Positions 26,960-41,189 of a stretch of DNA of 64,000 bases are shown here, one piece after another. The position numbers and the translations under genes are program-made. This stretch comes from Torpedo marmorata. Lineage: Eukaryota. The stretch lies in contig OZ360220.1 of assembly GCA_977017645.1 (NCBI GenBank), positions 311,240,001 through 311,304,000 of the forward strand. The letters are read 5' to 3'. Each line of letters opens with the position of its first letter. Position 1 is the first letter of the stretch. Below the pieces are notes generated by a model that saw nothing but the letters and a program-made list of their open reading frames with translations, was not told where the DNA came from and made no database searches.

Positions 26960-29870
26960 GTGAAGAGTAGGGTAGAAGAGCACCTAGATTTGAAGGAAGA
27001 GAGGAACCAGAATATTAAAGTTAATGAAGGAGAGGGTAATCAAAGGAGTGTATGTGGGGGACATTCTCTCAAGTGTATATATTTCAATGCAAGAAGCATT
27101 ATAAGAAAGGTGGATGAGCTTAGAGTATGGATTGATACATGGAAATATATAGTAGCCATCAGTGAAACTTGGTTGCAGGAGGGGTGTGATTGGCAGCTAA
27201 ATATTCCTGGATTCCGTTGTTTTAGGCGTGATAGAACAGGGGGGATAAAAGGTGGAGGGGTCGCAGTGCTTGTTAGAGAAACCATTACAGCGGTGCTATG
27301 GCAGGATAGATTGGAGGGCTCGTCCAGTGAGGCTATTTGGGTGGAATTGAGGAATGGGAAAGGCATGAAAACACTAATGGGAGTGTATTATAGACCACCG
27401 AATGGGCAGAGGGAATTAGAGGAGGAAATTTGTAAGGAGATAGAATATATGTGTAATAAGCATAAGGTGGTGATTATAGGTGATTTTAACTTTCCACATA
27501 TTGACTGGGATGCCAATACTGTAATAGGGCAGGATGGGTTGGAGTTTGTCAAATGTGTTCAGGAAAGTTTTCTAAATCAATACATAGAAGAACCGACGAG
27601 AGAGGGGGCAGTATTGGATCTCCTATTTGGGAACGAGATAGGTCAGGTGACAGAGGTTTGTGTTGGGGAACACTTTGGGTCTAGTGATCATAATACCATT
27701 AGTTTTAGGTTGATAATGGAGAAGGATAGGGCTGGGCCTAAGGTTGAGATTCTTGATTGGAATGAGGCAAATTTTGAGGAGATGAGGAAGGATTTAGAGG
27801 GTGTGGATTGGGATAATTTATTTTTAGGAAACGATGTAACAGATAAATGGAGGATATTCAAAGGGGAAATTTTGAGAGTACAGAGTCGGTTCGTCCCTGT
27901 GAGGATTAAAGGAAGAGTTAGAAAATATAGGGAGCCTTGGTTTTCAAAGGATATTGGGAATTTGGTTCGGAGGAAGAAGGATGTGTACAACAGGTATAGA
28001 CAGCAGGGAATAGATGAGGTCCTTGAGGAATATAAGGAGTGTAAAAAAAAAAAAAAAAAAAATCTTAAGAAAGAAATTAGAAAGGCTAAAAGGAGATATG
28101 AGGCTGCTTTGGCAAGCAAGGTAAAAATAAATCCAAAGGGTTTCTACAGGTACTTTAAAAGCAAAAGAATAGTGAGGGATAAAATTGGGCCCATTGAGGA
28201 TCAGACGGGTAAGCTATGTGAGAAGTCAGAGGAGATGGGGGAGATTTTAAATGAATTTTTTTTCTTCAGTATTTACAAAGGAAAGGAATATTGAGCCAGG
28301 TGAAGTATGGCAATCTGGCAGGGAGGTCATGGATAATATAAAGATTAATGAGGAGGAAGTATTGGTTATTTTAAAGAGTATAAATGTGGATAAATCTCCA
28401 GGTCCTGACAGGATATTCCCGAGGACCCTGAGGGAGGTTAGTGTACAAATAGTGGGGGCTCTGACAGAAATATTTAAAATGTCACTGGCCACGGGGGAGG
28501 TGCCGGAGGATAGCTCATGTTGTCCCGCTGTTTAAGAAGGGCTCCAAAAGTAAACCTGGAAATTATAGGCCTGTGAGTCTGACATCGGTAGTGGGTAAAT
28601 TAATGGAGTGTTCTTAGAGATGGTGTATACAGTTATTTGGAAAGACAAGCATTGATTAGGAGTAGTCAACACGGTTTTGTTCGTGGTAGATCATGTTTGA
28701 CAAATCTGAGTTTTTCGATGAGGTTACTAAGAGGGTTGACGAGAGAAAGGCTGTGGATGTTGTCTATATGGACTTTAGTAAGGCATTTGACAAGGTTCCG
28801 CATAAGAGGCTCGTTAGGAAGGTTCAAGCATTAGGTATTAACGACGAAGTAGTGAAATGGATTCAACAATGGTTGGATAGGAGATGCCAGAGAGTAGTGG
28901 TGGAAAATTGTTTGTCAAATTGGAGGCCGGTGACTAGTGGAGTGCCTCAGGGATCGGTACTGGGTCCTTTGTTGTTTGTCATATATATTAATGATCTAGA
29001 TGATAGGGTGGTAAATTGGATTAGTAAGTATGCAGATGATACGAAGATTGGTGGTTTTGTGGACAGTGAAGAGGGATATCAAAGTTTACAGGGGGATATA
29101 GGACAGTTAGAAGAGTGGGCAGAAACATGGCAGATGAAATTTAATACTGATAAATGTGAGGTGCTACATTTTGGTAGGATTAATCAGCAAAGGTCATACA
29201 TGTTAAATGGAAGACAATTGAGAAGTGCAGTAGAACAGAGGGATTTAGGAATTCTGGTACATAATTCCCTGAAAGTTGAGTCACACGTAGATAGGGTGAT
29301 GAAGAAGGCATTTGGTATGTTGGCCTTTATAAATCAGTGTATTGAATATAGGAGTTGGGATGTCATGTTGAAGTTGTATAAGGCATTGGTGAGGCCAAAT
29401 TTGGAATATTGTGTGCAGTTTTGGTTGCCGAATTACAGGAAGGATATAAACAGAATAGAGAGTGCAGAGGAGATTTACAAGAATGTTGCCTGGGTTTCTG
29501 GGTTTGAGTTATAGGGAAAGGTTGAACAGGCTGGGACTTTATTCCCTGGAGCGTAGAAGGTTGAGGGGTGATTTGATAGAGGTATTTAAAATTATGAAGG
29601 GGAAAGATAGAGTCAATGTGGACAGGCTTTTTCCATTGAGAGAGGGGAAGATTCAAACAAGAGGGCATGGATTGAGATTGAAGGGGGAAATGTTTAGAGG
29701 AAACATGAGGGGGAATTTCTTCACTCAGAGGGTGGTAGGAGGGTGGAACGATCTTCCGGCCGAAGTGGTAGATGCAGGTTCAATTTTAATGTTTAAGGAA
29801 AAGTTGGATAGGTATATGGACGATAGAGGTGTGGAGGGTTATGGGCCGGGTGCGGGTCAGTGGGACGAGG
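26960..29870 (+). pseudogene. CR1 ORF2 (APE endonuclease plus RT), frameshifted
   Basis: YFNARS, ISETW, YYRPP, GDFN, SDH; DFSKAFD, GVPQGSVLGP, YADD. Confidence 0.92.
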
Positions 29871-31095
29871 TGGGAGAATGTGTTCGGCATGGACTCGAAG
29901 GGCCGAACTGGCCTGTTTCTGTGCTGTAAATGTTATATGGTTATATTCAAAAATGACTGTACAATACTCAATTTACAAATCCTCAGATAGAAGACATACA
30001 CAATATTTGACCACAAACTGTTAAGGTGTAAGTAACATTTGTGTTGCAAAAGTACCAAGAAATGACCACCTATGGAGAGTCTAACCATCTACCCATGACA
30101 TTCAATTGTTTTACATCATCCACATCCTGGAAGTCAACTGACCAGAAATTCAAGTGCACCAGACCCAAATACCATGCACAAGAGCCAGAGGCTGGGGATC
30201 CTATGACAAATGACTCACCTCTTGACATCTCAAACACTATCCATTATCTACGAAGCTCAAGGGACACAATAGAATATTCTCCATTTGCCTGGATGAATGC
30301 AGCTCCAACAACATTCCGAAAGCTCAACACAACCCACAACTCATGAAAAAAAAGCCAGCTCGGTTAGTGGAGGTAAACAAGAAAATATGCAGATCCTGGG
30401 GTCCAGTGCAGTATACAAAAATGCTCACAAGAAACTCAAAAGGTCAGACAGCATACACTATTTGTGCTGGAGAAACTCCTGAAGAAGGGCTCATGCCCAA
30501 AACTGTGGCTGTCGTTTACTTTCTATGGATGCTACGTGACCTGCAGAGTTTCTCCAGCACTTTTGCGCACGACAGATCAACTAGTGGTCCATGCACTGCA
30601 GGGCAGTATGTACCATTTACAAAAAGCAAAGTCATAATTCACTGAAGTTACTCTGATGTAACCTCTCGCACCAATGAAGGCAATGAATGCAGGCATGTGG
30701 AAACACTAGCATTTAGAAGGTGCACTTCACTTTTAATCATATACCCAACTTGGAAATATATTGCCAATCTTTCATTGTCATTGGATCTAAATACTTAAGC
30801 ATCAAACTCAACAACACCATGGGTATATTTCACCAGAAGGACTGAATTCGTTTCAGAAGGTGGTTCACCACTATACTCTCAAGGGTAATTAGGTTTGGGC
30901 ACTACCAGTTAAGCCCACATTCTGAAAAAAAAAAAAGTTGAATTTTCACTAAAGTATTGCAAGATCATTATTACTGCACAATATTTGTGTCTCGAAAACA
31001 AAAGCAAGCCAGAGGATTGGCAAAATATTAGAACTCAGCATAGGAGATCCAAACAATAGGGAAAGCAGATTACAAGAGCAATGTAGATACATAAA

Positions 31096-31770
31096 AGAAT
31101 CAGAATTTATTGTCATGAACAAGTCACAAAATTTGTTGTTTTGCGGCAGATTGTGCAATCTTTCATATAATCCACCTTACAAAAATTAATAAAAATAGTG
31201 CACTAAAAGTCAGGAATCTGATGGCAGAGGGGAAGAAGCTGTCCTTGTGCCGTTGAGTGCTCGTCTTTAGGCTCCAGTACCTTTTTCCCCGATGGAAGCA
31301 GAGTGAAGAGGGCATGGCCTGGGTGGTGAGGGTCCTTGAGGATAGAGGCTGCTTTCTTAAGACACCGCCTCATGTAGATGTCCTAAATGGAGTGATGACT
31401 GGTGCCCGTGATGTCGCAGGCTGAGTTAACAACCCTCTGGAGTTTTTCCTGTCGTGAACGTTGGCACCTCCGTACCAGAAAGTGATGCAAGCAGCCAGAA
31501 TGCTCTCCACGGTACTCCTGTAGAAATTTTCGAGAGACTTTGGTGACATACCGAATCTCCTCAAACACCTCACAAAGTATAGCCGCTGGCGAGCCTTCTT
31601 CGCGATTGCATCAACATGGAGGCTCCAGGACAGATCCTCGGAGATGTTGACACCCAAGAATTTGAAGTTCTTGACCCTCTCCACTACTGAGCCCTTGATG
31701 AGGACTGGTTCGTGTTCTCCTGAAGTCCACAATCATCTCCTTGGTTTTGCTAACTAACGTTGAGTGCAAG
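31096..31770 (-). mobile_element. Rex1/Babar LINE 3' fragment
   Basis: FKFLGVNISEDLSW...KKARQRLYF, with the same tail as 14761. Confidence 0.82.
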
Positions 31771-33829
31771 GTCGTTGGTGTGACGGCACCAACAATGCAA
31801 TCCATGATTAACTTTGACACATTTGTATAAAGCAAAGAAAAGTTAATTAGGGTGCCTTGCAGAGTACAAAAGGAGTTGTATTATAAAACAGTGAAGTAAT
31901 TCAACATATTTTGTGACTGATTTCATGGAAGAAAGAATAAATCTAATATAAAATAAACAGCCAAAACAAATTAGCTAAGAAAATAATATTAGAGAAATGA
32001 ATGGGAATGAAAGCAAAAAAATTCAAAGGACCTGATGAATTACAGCCAATGTTTTGAAAAAAAAAATGGCTTTGGAACAGTCTCAAAACAAAATAGGACC
32101 GTCAAGAAGTTTTTTTGCACAGATACGGTCAACAGTCAAAGAAAGATACAGCAAGGAAACAAACCCTTAAGCCCTCCATGTCCATACCGATAATTTTACC
32201 CACCTACACTAATCCCATTTGCCTGCATTCGGACCATATCCTTCCATGTCCTCCCTGTCCATTAAAATGTCTGCCAAAATCCCTTTTAAGCACAGCGATT
32301 GTATCCGATTTCAGCACCTCCTCTGGCATGTGTTTCAGATATCAACCACTCAATGCAAAAAAAATTCCCCCCAGTCAATAGCTTTCTATGCTCTGTGAAA
32401 TTCTTTTAGTTCAGGTTCAATAATTTGTACCTCAGCTAATATCCCTAAAACAATACATTAAAATCAGAAAAACGAAGCTGTGACAAACTTCGAATCGACA
32501 CATCCTGGTCCACCCACATTAATGCAATGGCCAAGAAAGTGCACCAGCACCTCTACTTCCTCAGAAGCCTGAGGAAATTTGCCATGTCTCAAGCATCCTT
32601 TAACAACTTCCATTTAAAGCATGTGACCTGAGCCACGTTCACAACCTTCTGCAATTGTTGCAGTCTTCACCAAACCATTTCCTCCATCAGGCAGTGATGC
32701 AGCCTGATAGGGGAACTGGTTTGCCAAAGACTGCAAGAAATTTCAGAAGGTTGTGAACATGGCTCAAGCCACACATACCTCCTTCCTCCCCATCGACTCC
32801 ATCGATGACTCCCGCTGCCTTGGAAAAGTAGCTAATGTATTAAAATACTCATCCCACCCTGGCCACACTGCCTTCACCCCCATCCTGTCAGGAAGAAGAT
32901 TCACAACTCAGAGATGGTAGTGAATATTTGGAATTGTCTTCCCAAGAGGGCTCTGGAGATTCATTCACAGAGTGTATTCAAGACACAGATCTATTAATCA
33001 GATGCCATGGATATGGGGTTAGTACATAAAAGTGATACTGTATGTAAAAGATCAACATATAATCTTACTGAATGGTGGAGCAGGCACGTCGGACTGAATT
33101 GGCAACTTCCATTTTCCTATGTTCGTATCCTTTACAGGTGCTGGAAAAGCTGATTAGTTCCAAACACTTCTGTTGCACAAAACCATTCAACTTATCAGCA
33201 AGATATCTGCACTCAAAAATATTTAGTTTCAGGTAGATAAACTGTCTTGACAAATAATATAGCGTAATAAAGCCAAAGAACACTTGGACACCTAACTTTT
33301 CCTTTCCATCCTTTTATGTGCCACGCCATCACACCTTATTTCCCTGGCTAACCAAACATTCTTTAAGCAGAAACTACCTTTATAAATAGCATTTATAAAG
33401 AAAAGCTCAGAGTTCACTAATACCCAGTATGTAAATATTAAAATGTAATTTACTTTTGTCTTTCTTTAATCATGTTATCTGCACCTCTGTACACAGGTGA
33501 TCTCTTATTTCATGTACCTGTATACATGATTAATTTAGTTGCAACATGAGTATAGCTGGTGGTTTTAGAAAGCATATCATCTTCAATCTAAAACGTTGAT
33601 ATATTCTTTGGCAAAATTCTTGTCAAAACATGACAACAATCATTGCTTTTGCTGGGGATTGGGAACAATTTGAAATTCCCATTTTCTTTAAAGAAGTGCA
33701 TTAACTTCACACAGACAAGACGCTGGAAGCGATTGTGCCTCAACTTTCAGAACATTTTTGATCCCATTTTCAGGTTAAATGAATAAAGTAACTTTTACAA
33801 ATCACAAAAGCGAGAAGAGCTTCAGATTG

Positions 33830-34450
33830 TCACAGAGGACGCGGGTTTAGCGCTTATTTTTTTAAATGAAAAGAAACCCACATTCGAGGATAACGCTAGT
33901 TTGTGTCATGTCGAGTCCAAGAATCAAACGTTAAAAAGAAAAGCTTTGTTTTGTTTTGGGGGGTGGGGGAGAGATCGTTACTCCGGACCAGCTTCGGTCG
34001 CGACTCCACCACCTTCGACGCTGGGCGAGTGCGTCGGGAGCGCGAGCGCGAGCCCTCCGGCCGAAGCGCGCGGCCCGGGTCAGCGAGCGCGAGCCCCTCC
34101 CCCGGCCGAAGCGCGCGGCCCGGGTCAGCGGCGCGCGACAGCCGCGAGCCAACGGCCGCCTCGTCCCGCCCGCCCGGCCGGCCGGACGGACGCCCGGCCT
34201 CTGGTACTCACATAGCGCTCGTAGAACCTGGAGAGGCGCGGCTTGCCGTGGTTGTTAAATATCAGAATGGCTTTAATCATGACGACTGGCGCGCCTGTGG
34301 TCCGACTGACAGCAGCGACTGAGGCGGATTTTCTCCGAAACATGAACGAAGGTGGAAGTGCGGAACTCAGTTCCAAGTGAACTCCCCCTTCGGCAAGGCT
34401 TTGAACGGCGACGGCGGCCGCGACCGTTCAAGGAAGGTGGCCCCGCTATT
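33830..34450 (-). promoter_or_regulatory. CpG island over the AP3S1 promoter, exon 1 and start of intron 1
   Basis: Very GC- and CpG-rich tract around the start codon, including a duplicated unit GCGAGCGCGAGCCC...GGCCGAAGCGCGCGGCCCGGGTCA at about 34042-34127. Confidence 0.85.
34212..34280 (-). CDS. AP3S1: AP-3 complex subunit sigma-1, coding exon 1
   Basis: ATG at 34280, MIKAILIFNNHGKPRLSRFYERY (69 bp), then GTGAGT donor. MIKAILIF, SEDTQ and VSKRDENV match sigma-3A (AP3S1) rather than AP3S2. Confidence 0.96.
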
Positions 34451-35476
34451 TCGAAATCTCCACTTGGGCTCAAAATAAAAGATGTGCAAATCCTCAGGAG
34501 GTCAGTAAAAGGAAAACCTGGGCTTATTGCTAACTCTATTTCTCTCCAGTGCTGCCTGACCACTGAATATTTCCAATAATTGACGGAAAAGAGAAAAAAA
34601 AAATTGACATTTCAGATAAGAACCTGCAAATTCAAGATTCAATTTATTGTCATAGTAATAAAACAGTGTCATATTCCATGACATTTCTTTTCGCCTGCTG
34701 CAAGGCAGACAGATTCGCCACCGGCAGAAATTGCCTAAGCGCCTCTAATATTCCTTACAGTCAGAGAAAGAGAAGCAAAAGAAATTAAGAGTGTGTCTAA
34801 AATTGCAGAACTGGGAAGAGGTGGAGGGAGCAAAGGAAATTGAGACCAAAATTGTCATGGCCACAATTACTTTAAAAGCTGGCAGTTGGAGAGAGAAAAG
34901 AATCAACAGATTGAAACAGAAAATGTGATCTGAAACTGCTAAATTCAGTGGTAAATCCTGTAGACTGCCATGCCGCCAGACAGAAGATGGGGTACTGTTC
35001 GTCATGGTCAGGCTGGACATCATTGTGGCAAAATGCAAAACTGAAAGTCAGATCTGTGGCAGCGGGATAGAGGATTAATGTGACGGAAGATTGGAAGCTC
35101 AGGATGATCCTGTAGATTCAATGGAGGTGTTCCACAAAACAGTCACCCAATCTTCATTTGGTTCCTCCATTTTAGAGAGCACATCATGAGCACTGAATGC
35201 ATGGCACGAAATTGGAAGAAATCTGGCCTCTGACTTTGGTCTCCTACAGTACTCCAATGATGTTCAAACTGAACTTGAGTACATCAGCTTCTAATTGGGT
35301 ACATTGCAGTCCTCAGAACCTGATACAGAACTTAACAAATTAAGGGTTTTTTTTTCCTCTCTGTCCATAGATATGGGTGTATCTGGCTTCAATTTGTTTA
35401 GTTTTTTATTCTTTCCTGCCTCCACAGGCCAGTTTTTAAAGTAATTATTGCATTGACATCTTTTGTCTGTACTCTA

Positions 35477-36252
35477 ACAATAGACAATAGATGCAGGAGT
35501 AGGCCATTCGGCCCTTCGAGCCAGCACCGCCATTCACTGTGATCATGGCTGATCATCCACTATCAGTGCCCCGTTCCTGCCTTCTCCCCATATAGCTTGT
35601 CTCCGCTATCCTTAAGAGCTCTATCTAACTCTTTCTTGAAAGCATCCAGAGAATTGGCCTCCACTGCCTTCTGAGGCAGAGCATTCCACAGATCCACAAC
35701 TCTCTGGGTGAAAAAGTTTTTTCTCAACTCCGTTCTAAATGGCCTACCCCTTATTCTTAAACTGTGGCCTCTGGTTCTCGACTCTCTCAACATTGGGAAC
35801 ATGTTTCCTGCCTCTAGCGTGTCCAATCCCTTAATAATCTTATATGTTTCAATCAGATCCCCTCTCATCCTTCTAAATTCCAGTGTATACAAGCCCAACC
35901 GCTCCAATCTTTCTACATATGACAGTCCCGCCATCCCGGGAATCAACCTCGTGAACCTACGCTGCACTCCCTCAATAGCAAGAATATCTTTCCTCAAACC
36001 TGGAGACCAAAACTGCAAACAATACTCCAGGTGTGGTCTCACCAGGGCCCTGTACAACTGCAGAAGGACCTCCCTGCTCCTATACTCAACTCCCCTTGTT
36101 TTATGAAGGCCAACATGCCATTAGCCTTCTTCACTGCCTGCTGTACCTGCATGCTTACTTTCATTGACTGATGAACAAGGACACCTAGATCCCGTTGTAC
36201 TTCCCCTTTTCCTAATTTGACACCATTCAGATAGTAATCTGCCCCCCTGTTC
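35477..36252 (-). mobile_element. CR1 3' fragment (different subfamily)
   Basis: LVRPHLEYCLQFWSP...SRTRGHSL...FFTQRVV; tail repeat CTATTGT. Confidence 0.88.
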
Positions 36253-37566
36253 TTGCCCAAGAAGAGCAGAGTGAGCTGCCTCAATGACTATCGCCTAGTA
36301 GCACTCACATCTACTGTGATGAAATGCTTTGAGAGGTTGGTCATGGCCAGAATTAACTCACACCTCAGTAAAGATGTGGACCCACTACAATTTGCCGCCT
36401 GCTACAATCGCTCCACAGTAGATGCAATCTCGCTGGCTCTCCACTCAGCTCTGGATCACCTAGACAACAGAAACACGTACAACAAGCTACTCTTCATCAA
36501 CTACAGCTCAGCTTTCAGCACCATCATACACTTAGTGCTGGTCAAGAAGCTCCAAAACCTGGGCCTCTGGAATCCCCTCTGCAACTGGATCCTTGACTTC
36601 CTCATTGGAAGACCACAGTCAGTACAAATGGGAAACAATGTCTCCTCCTCACTGACAATCAACACAAGCGCACCCCAAGGATGCTTGCTTAGCCCACTGC
36701 TCTACTCGCTCTAGCCACCATGCCTGTGTGGCTAGGCACAATTCAAATGCCATCTAAGATTGCTGATGACACCACGGTTGTCGGCAGAATTACAGACAGC
36801 AATGAGGAAGCGTACAGGAGTGAGGTAGATCAGCTGGTTGAGTGGTGTCACAACCACAACCTTGCAATCAACATTAGCAAATCTAAGGAGCTGAATGTGG
36901 ACTTCAGAAGGGGGAAAATCAAGAGAACATGAACCAGTCCTCATCGAGGTGTCAGCAGTGGAATGGGTTAAGAACTTCAAATTCCTAGGTGTCAACATCT
37001 CTGAAGATCTGTCCTGGGGCCTCCATGTCGATGCAATCATGAAGAAGGCTCGTCAGCGACATTACTTCGTGAGAAGTTTGAGGAGATTTGGTATATCACT
37101 AAAGACTCTTGCAAATTTCTACAGATGTACCGTGGAGAGCATTCTGACTGGTTGCATCATTGTCTGGTATGGAGGTGCCAATACTCAGGACAGGAAAAGA
37201 CTGCAGAAAATTGTGAACACAGCCAGCACCATCATGGGCATCAGTCTTCACTCCATTAAGGACATCTACAAGAGGTGGTGTCTCAAGAAGGCCGTCATGA
37301 TCCTCAAGGACCCTCACCACCCAGGCCATGCCCTCTTCTCACTGCTACCATCAGGAAGGAGGTACAGGAGCCTGAAGACAAACATCCAATGGTACAAAAC
37401 AGCTTCTTCCCCTCTGCCCTCAAATTTCTGAATGGACAATGAACCTCAATACTACCTCACTTTCTCTCCTTTTGCGCTAATTTATTATTTTAAATGTAAT
37501 TTATAGCAATGCTGCTGCAAAACAACAAATTTTGTGACATGTTCATGACAATAAATTCTGATTCTT
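36247..37566 (+). mobile_element. Rex1/Babar LINE RT and 3' end
   Basis: [38 protein letters not shown]; tail GACAATAAATTCTGATTCT. Confidence 0.88.
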
Positions 37567-39442
37567 CCTGAATGTTCACTAATGGTGTTCATATATACAG
37601 CACAGCAGAGAGATCCCATTTTGAGAATGCAGTCAGCGGCACCCATTCAGATCTAACAATTGCCACATGATAAAAAATAATGCAGAGACTAAATATATAC
37701 CCAAAAGCAAACTCATGTCTGCACTTTGAATTACCTTACACATTTCAGCTTCCAGCTTATCTTTGATCATCATGGTCAATCCTATTTATAAGCAGAAATA
37801 TTGCCAATTCGTCCAATAACTCACACTTTATTGTCTTCTACACTAGCCATTCTCAACCTTTTTTTTGAATCGGGAGATGATGCAAGTCCTGGGAGAAGGA
37901 AGCTCTTTAGTAAAGATGGCAGAAATGGGTGGGAGTGTTTAAGTTGGTGCATGATCAGGAGGATGGTGGTCAAGAACATGGTGACAGAATGTGCCCAGGT
38001 TTGGATTACAGGTTTGTTTGTCCAATCAAATGTTTGCTAAAATTGAGCAAATGACACCCAACCAACAGAAGGTATTAAAGATATCCAGAGTGGATATTTA
38101 AGGAGAAACAAAAACATCTTTAGAATTAAGGAGAATGTAGAGGTTAAGTAAATCTCTAGATTGATTATTGCAATGACTGAGCATTTGCATCTAGTATCAG
38201 ATATGTATAATTAAATGTATATTAAAATAGAAAATTTATTATACGATGCAATTTATATAGATAGTTATTGGTGATATGGAACTAATTGAAGGAAGTGTTC
38301 ACTTGTACCTTTAAAAGCTATATGCACCATTTGGTATAACATTTGAGGTCTGATTCTATTCACCCCTGCGGTTAGTTGAGTATTGTTTTCTTCCAATAAG
38401 AATGTTTACACGTTCTGTTCTTGTCACTTGGCTTACTTAATAACAATATCGATTAACCTACAAACCCTGCACAAGCATTAAATTGGTTTTGACAAATAGC
38501 CAATTTTACAGAAGTGGGGCCAAAGCTTTATGGAACCTGTGCAAATAGCAAGCAACAAATACATTTATTTATTTATGTGGTTTTAATTGAGGATGGTATT
38601 AGCTTCAGAAGTTAAATAGCATTGTTAATTCCTCAGGATTGTTCTGGAATTTCCTGGCATTGAAAAATTAATCCAAAGGTCATTACTCGGAAATACTAAA
38701 GAGAATAAGCATGAGGGTATTAAAGAAAAACTGCAGTTTTTTAAATTATCATTGAAGATTTATTAGTCTAGGAGAAGGACACTCCGACGTAATACCTACA
38801 ACCTGAGGCGTGCTGGGCCATGGCAGATAAACCCCAGGTGTAAAGGGTGGGGCCAGTACTGCACACACTGCACTCCACCTAAAAAATCCATTGTGCAGGC
38901 TCGAAGGACATGCCCATGTCTACGATCCTTCCTAAATCTTCGTTCGCGAAGCCAAGCCATGATGATGACATCCAGCAGAGTTAACACAATACCAGCAAAA
39001 CTCCTCTGCTCTCCATTGAATTAGGTAATACATTTTTAAAATCAAAACAAACAAACAGGCAGTTTGTTTAATGTTTTATTACAATTTTAGTGTTCCAGTC
39101 ATGATTTGTTTTATTTATTGTCCTCTACATTCTATGTCTTAGAAGTAATATGAACCATGAAAGTTGATCCAATGTCTTTTTATATTAACATTTGTATTTT
39201 TGACATAAGAATATCAAATCATTCAGTTAGCTCATTTACACACAAAATCAATTGCATTTACACTTTCTATCTAACCACAGCTGTAGGATTATTTTGTTAA
39301 GCTGTTGAGTGTTTACTGTCATACTTAACACACTCTGGCCAGAACTATGCTGCACTTGGTGTAAACTGAAAGAAGTCTTCAGGTTTGACTATCATTTTAC
39401 AGTTTGACATCCAATTCTAAAGTTACTTAATTTTAAGATGAA

Positions 39443-39684
39443 AGTAGCAGCATATCAGCCTGAATACGACTGGGATTGTCTGATCTCGGAAGCTAAGCAG
39501 GCACAGGACTGGTCAGTACTTGGAGGGGAGACCTCCTAGGAACACCAGGTGCTGTAGGTTTCTGTGAGGGGCGCTGGACAAAGTAGCGACCCTCTGTCTG
39601 CCTTACGGTAGACAAAAATTAAAGAATTTCATGTATGTTACATTCTAAATGTAGTATTACGTGACAATAATAATGGAACCTTTA
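39443..39684 (+). mobile_element. 5S rRNA-derived SINE (SINE3-type)
   Basis: Head GTCTGATCTCGGAAGCTAAGCAGG...TGGTCAGTACTTGGAGGGGAGACC...GGTGCTGTAGG is a diverged 5S rRNA. It is followed by an about 120-bp tail that recurs at 18635. Confidence 0.8.
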
Positions 39685-40159
39685 AATATCAGTTACATCA
39701 GGCCAATGATTTTTACCCAGATCATTATGTTTCTATTACATAATATGCAGTTGCATTTAATGTGAATACAACATCATAAACAATGAAATATTTAATTTTA
39801 AAACATCTGTAAACTTTCCTGTAAAATAGGTGTGCCTTATTCTTTACAAACAAATTGAAAGATGTAAGTTGTAACATAACTGGGCTTGAGAAAATAATTG
39901 TCATATTCACAGTATTCTTCATGGGCAAAAACCCGACAATCCATGACAATTAAGCATTTGGGGTCTGAATATTTGACAATTTTTGCTTTGGAATTAGTTG
40001 CATATTAAAATATCTATCTCTCATCAGAGCTAATGATCTACCTCCCCACTGGCAACAAAGTGAAAGGAAGATGTCTCTCAAAATATTTGTTAAATTACAA
40101 ATCTGTAAGCAATTGCATCAACAGTAATTTAAATAGGTTGTATTGTTTTTTTCTACACT

Positions 40160-40880
40160 AGACATACAACATTACAGAACAGGATGTATGTGCCAACCAT
40201 AATGCCAAATTACATTAAACGAATCCCATCTGTCAACAGATGGTCTACATTCCCTGCCTATTCATATTCCTGTCCAAATGTCTCTGAAATGTCTCTATTA
40301 TATCTGCTTCCATCACCTCCCCGGCATTGCATTTCAAGCACCTACCACTATGTGTGGGGGAAAAATCTCCAAAACCTCCTCTAAACTTTACTCCTCTTGC
40401 TTTAAACCTTTGTCCTCCAGTATTTGAAAATTCCACACTGGGAAAAAGACTATGATTACCAATATATATCTTGTCTATACCTCTCAAAATGTTATATACT
40501 TCTATCAGGTTGTTCCTCTGCCTCTAATGGGCCAGAGAAAACAATCCAAGTTTGCCCAGCCTCTCATTATTGTGAAAACTCTTTAATCAGGTAACATCCT
40601 GATGAACCTCTTCTGCACTTTCTCAAAAGCTTCCACATCCTTTCTATAATCCAACAATCAAAACTGCACAAAAAATTCCAAATATGGCCAAACACAAGAT
40701 TTGTACAGCTCAACATGATTTGCCAATTTTTATACTCCGTGCCCTGACTGATGAAAGCAAGCATACTGTATGCCTTCTTTATCACTCTATCCACTTGTGT
40801 TGACACATTGTGAGAATTATGGACTTGCACCTCAAGATTCCTCAATAAATCACTGCTCCAAAGGGTCCTGCCATTTACTG
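40160..40880 (-). mobile_element. Decayed CR1 3' fragment
   Basis: QVDRVIKKAYSMLAFI and MRGIDK remnants. Confidence 0.7.
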
Positions 40881-40899
40881 TGTACTTTCCTTGTTTTTA

Positions 40900-41092
40900 T
40901 TTACAACACGGTAGAAGGCGATTCCGGTCATTTAAAGCCATGCTGCCCAATTACACCCAATTAACATACAACCCCGTATACTTTGGAGGGTGGGACGAAA
41001 CCAGAGCAGCTGGTGAAACCCAATGCAGATACGGGGAGAACATACAAACTCCTTACAGACAGCGCCGGATTCGAATCCAGGTCACTGGCGCT
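40900..41092 (-). mobile_element. V-SINE/HE1-like SINE fragment
   Basis: Reverse complement carries GGATTCGAATCC and GTTTGTATGTTCTCCCCG. Confidence 0.72.
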
Positions 41093-41189
41093 GGTTTGAA
41101 ACTACATGGTGCATCTTTGAGCTGTCTGAACTACTCACGATTAATAAGGAAGTATTGCAATACACAAAAGTGTCACATTGTGTCACTAG

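Larger units (their letters stand above)
25648..29946 (+). mobile_element. Near full-length CR1 LINE
   Basis: 5' UTR with a duplicated block (about 25690-25730 and 25808-25847), ORF1, ORF2, and 3' tail GTTATATGGTTATAT. Possible TSD ATTCAAA (25641, 29945). Confidence 0.9.

Noticed and set aside
33901-34579. Several overlapping ORFs in the CpG island
   Set aside because: Stop-poor GC-rich DNA; only the 69-bp AP3S1 exon has homology and splice support.
39443-39560. Functional 5S rRNA gene
   Set aside because: Many substitutions, a single copy, and fused to a repeated tail; better explained as a SINE head.
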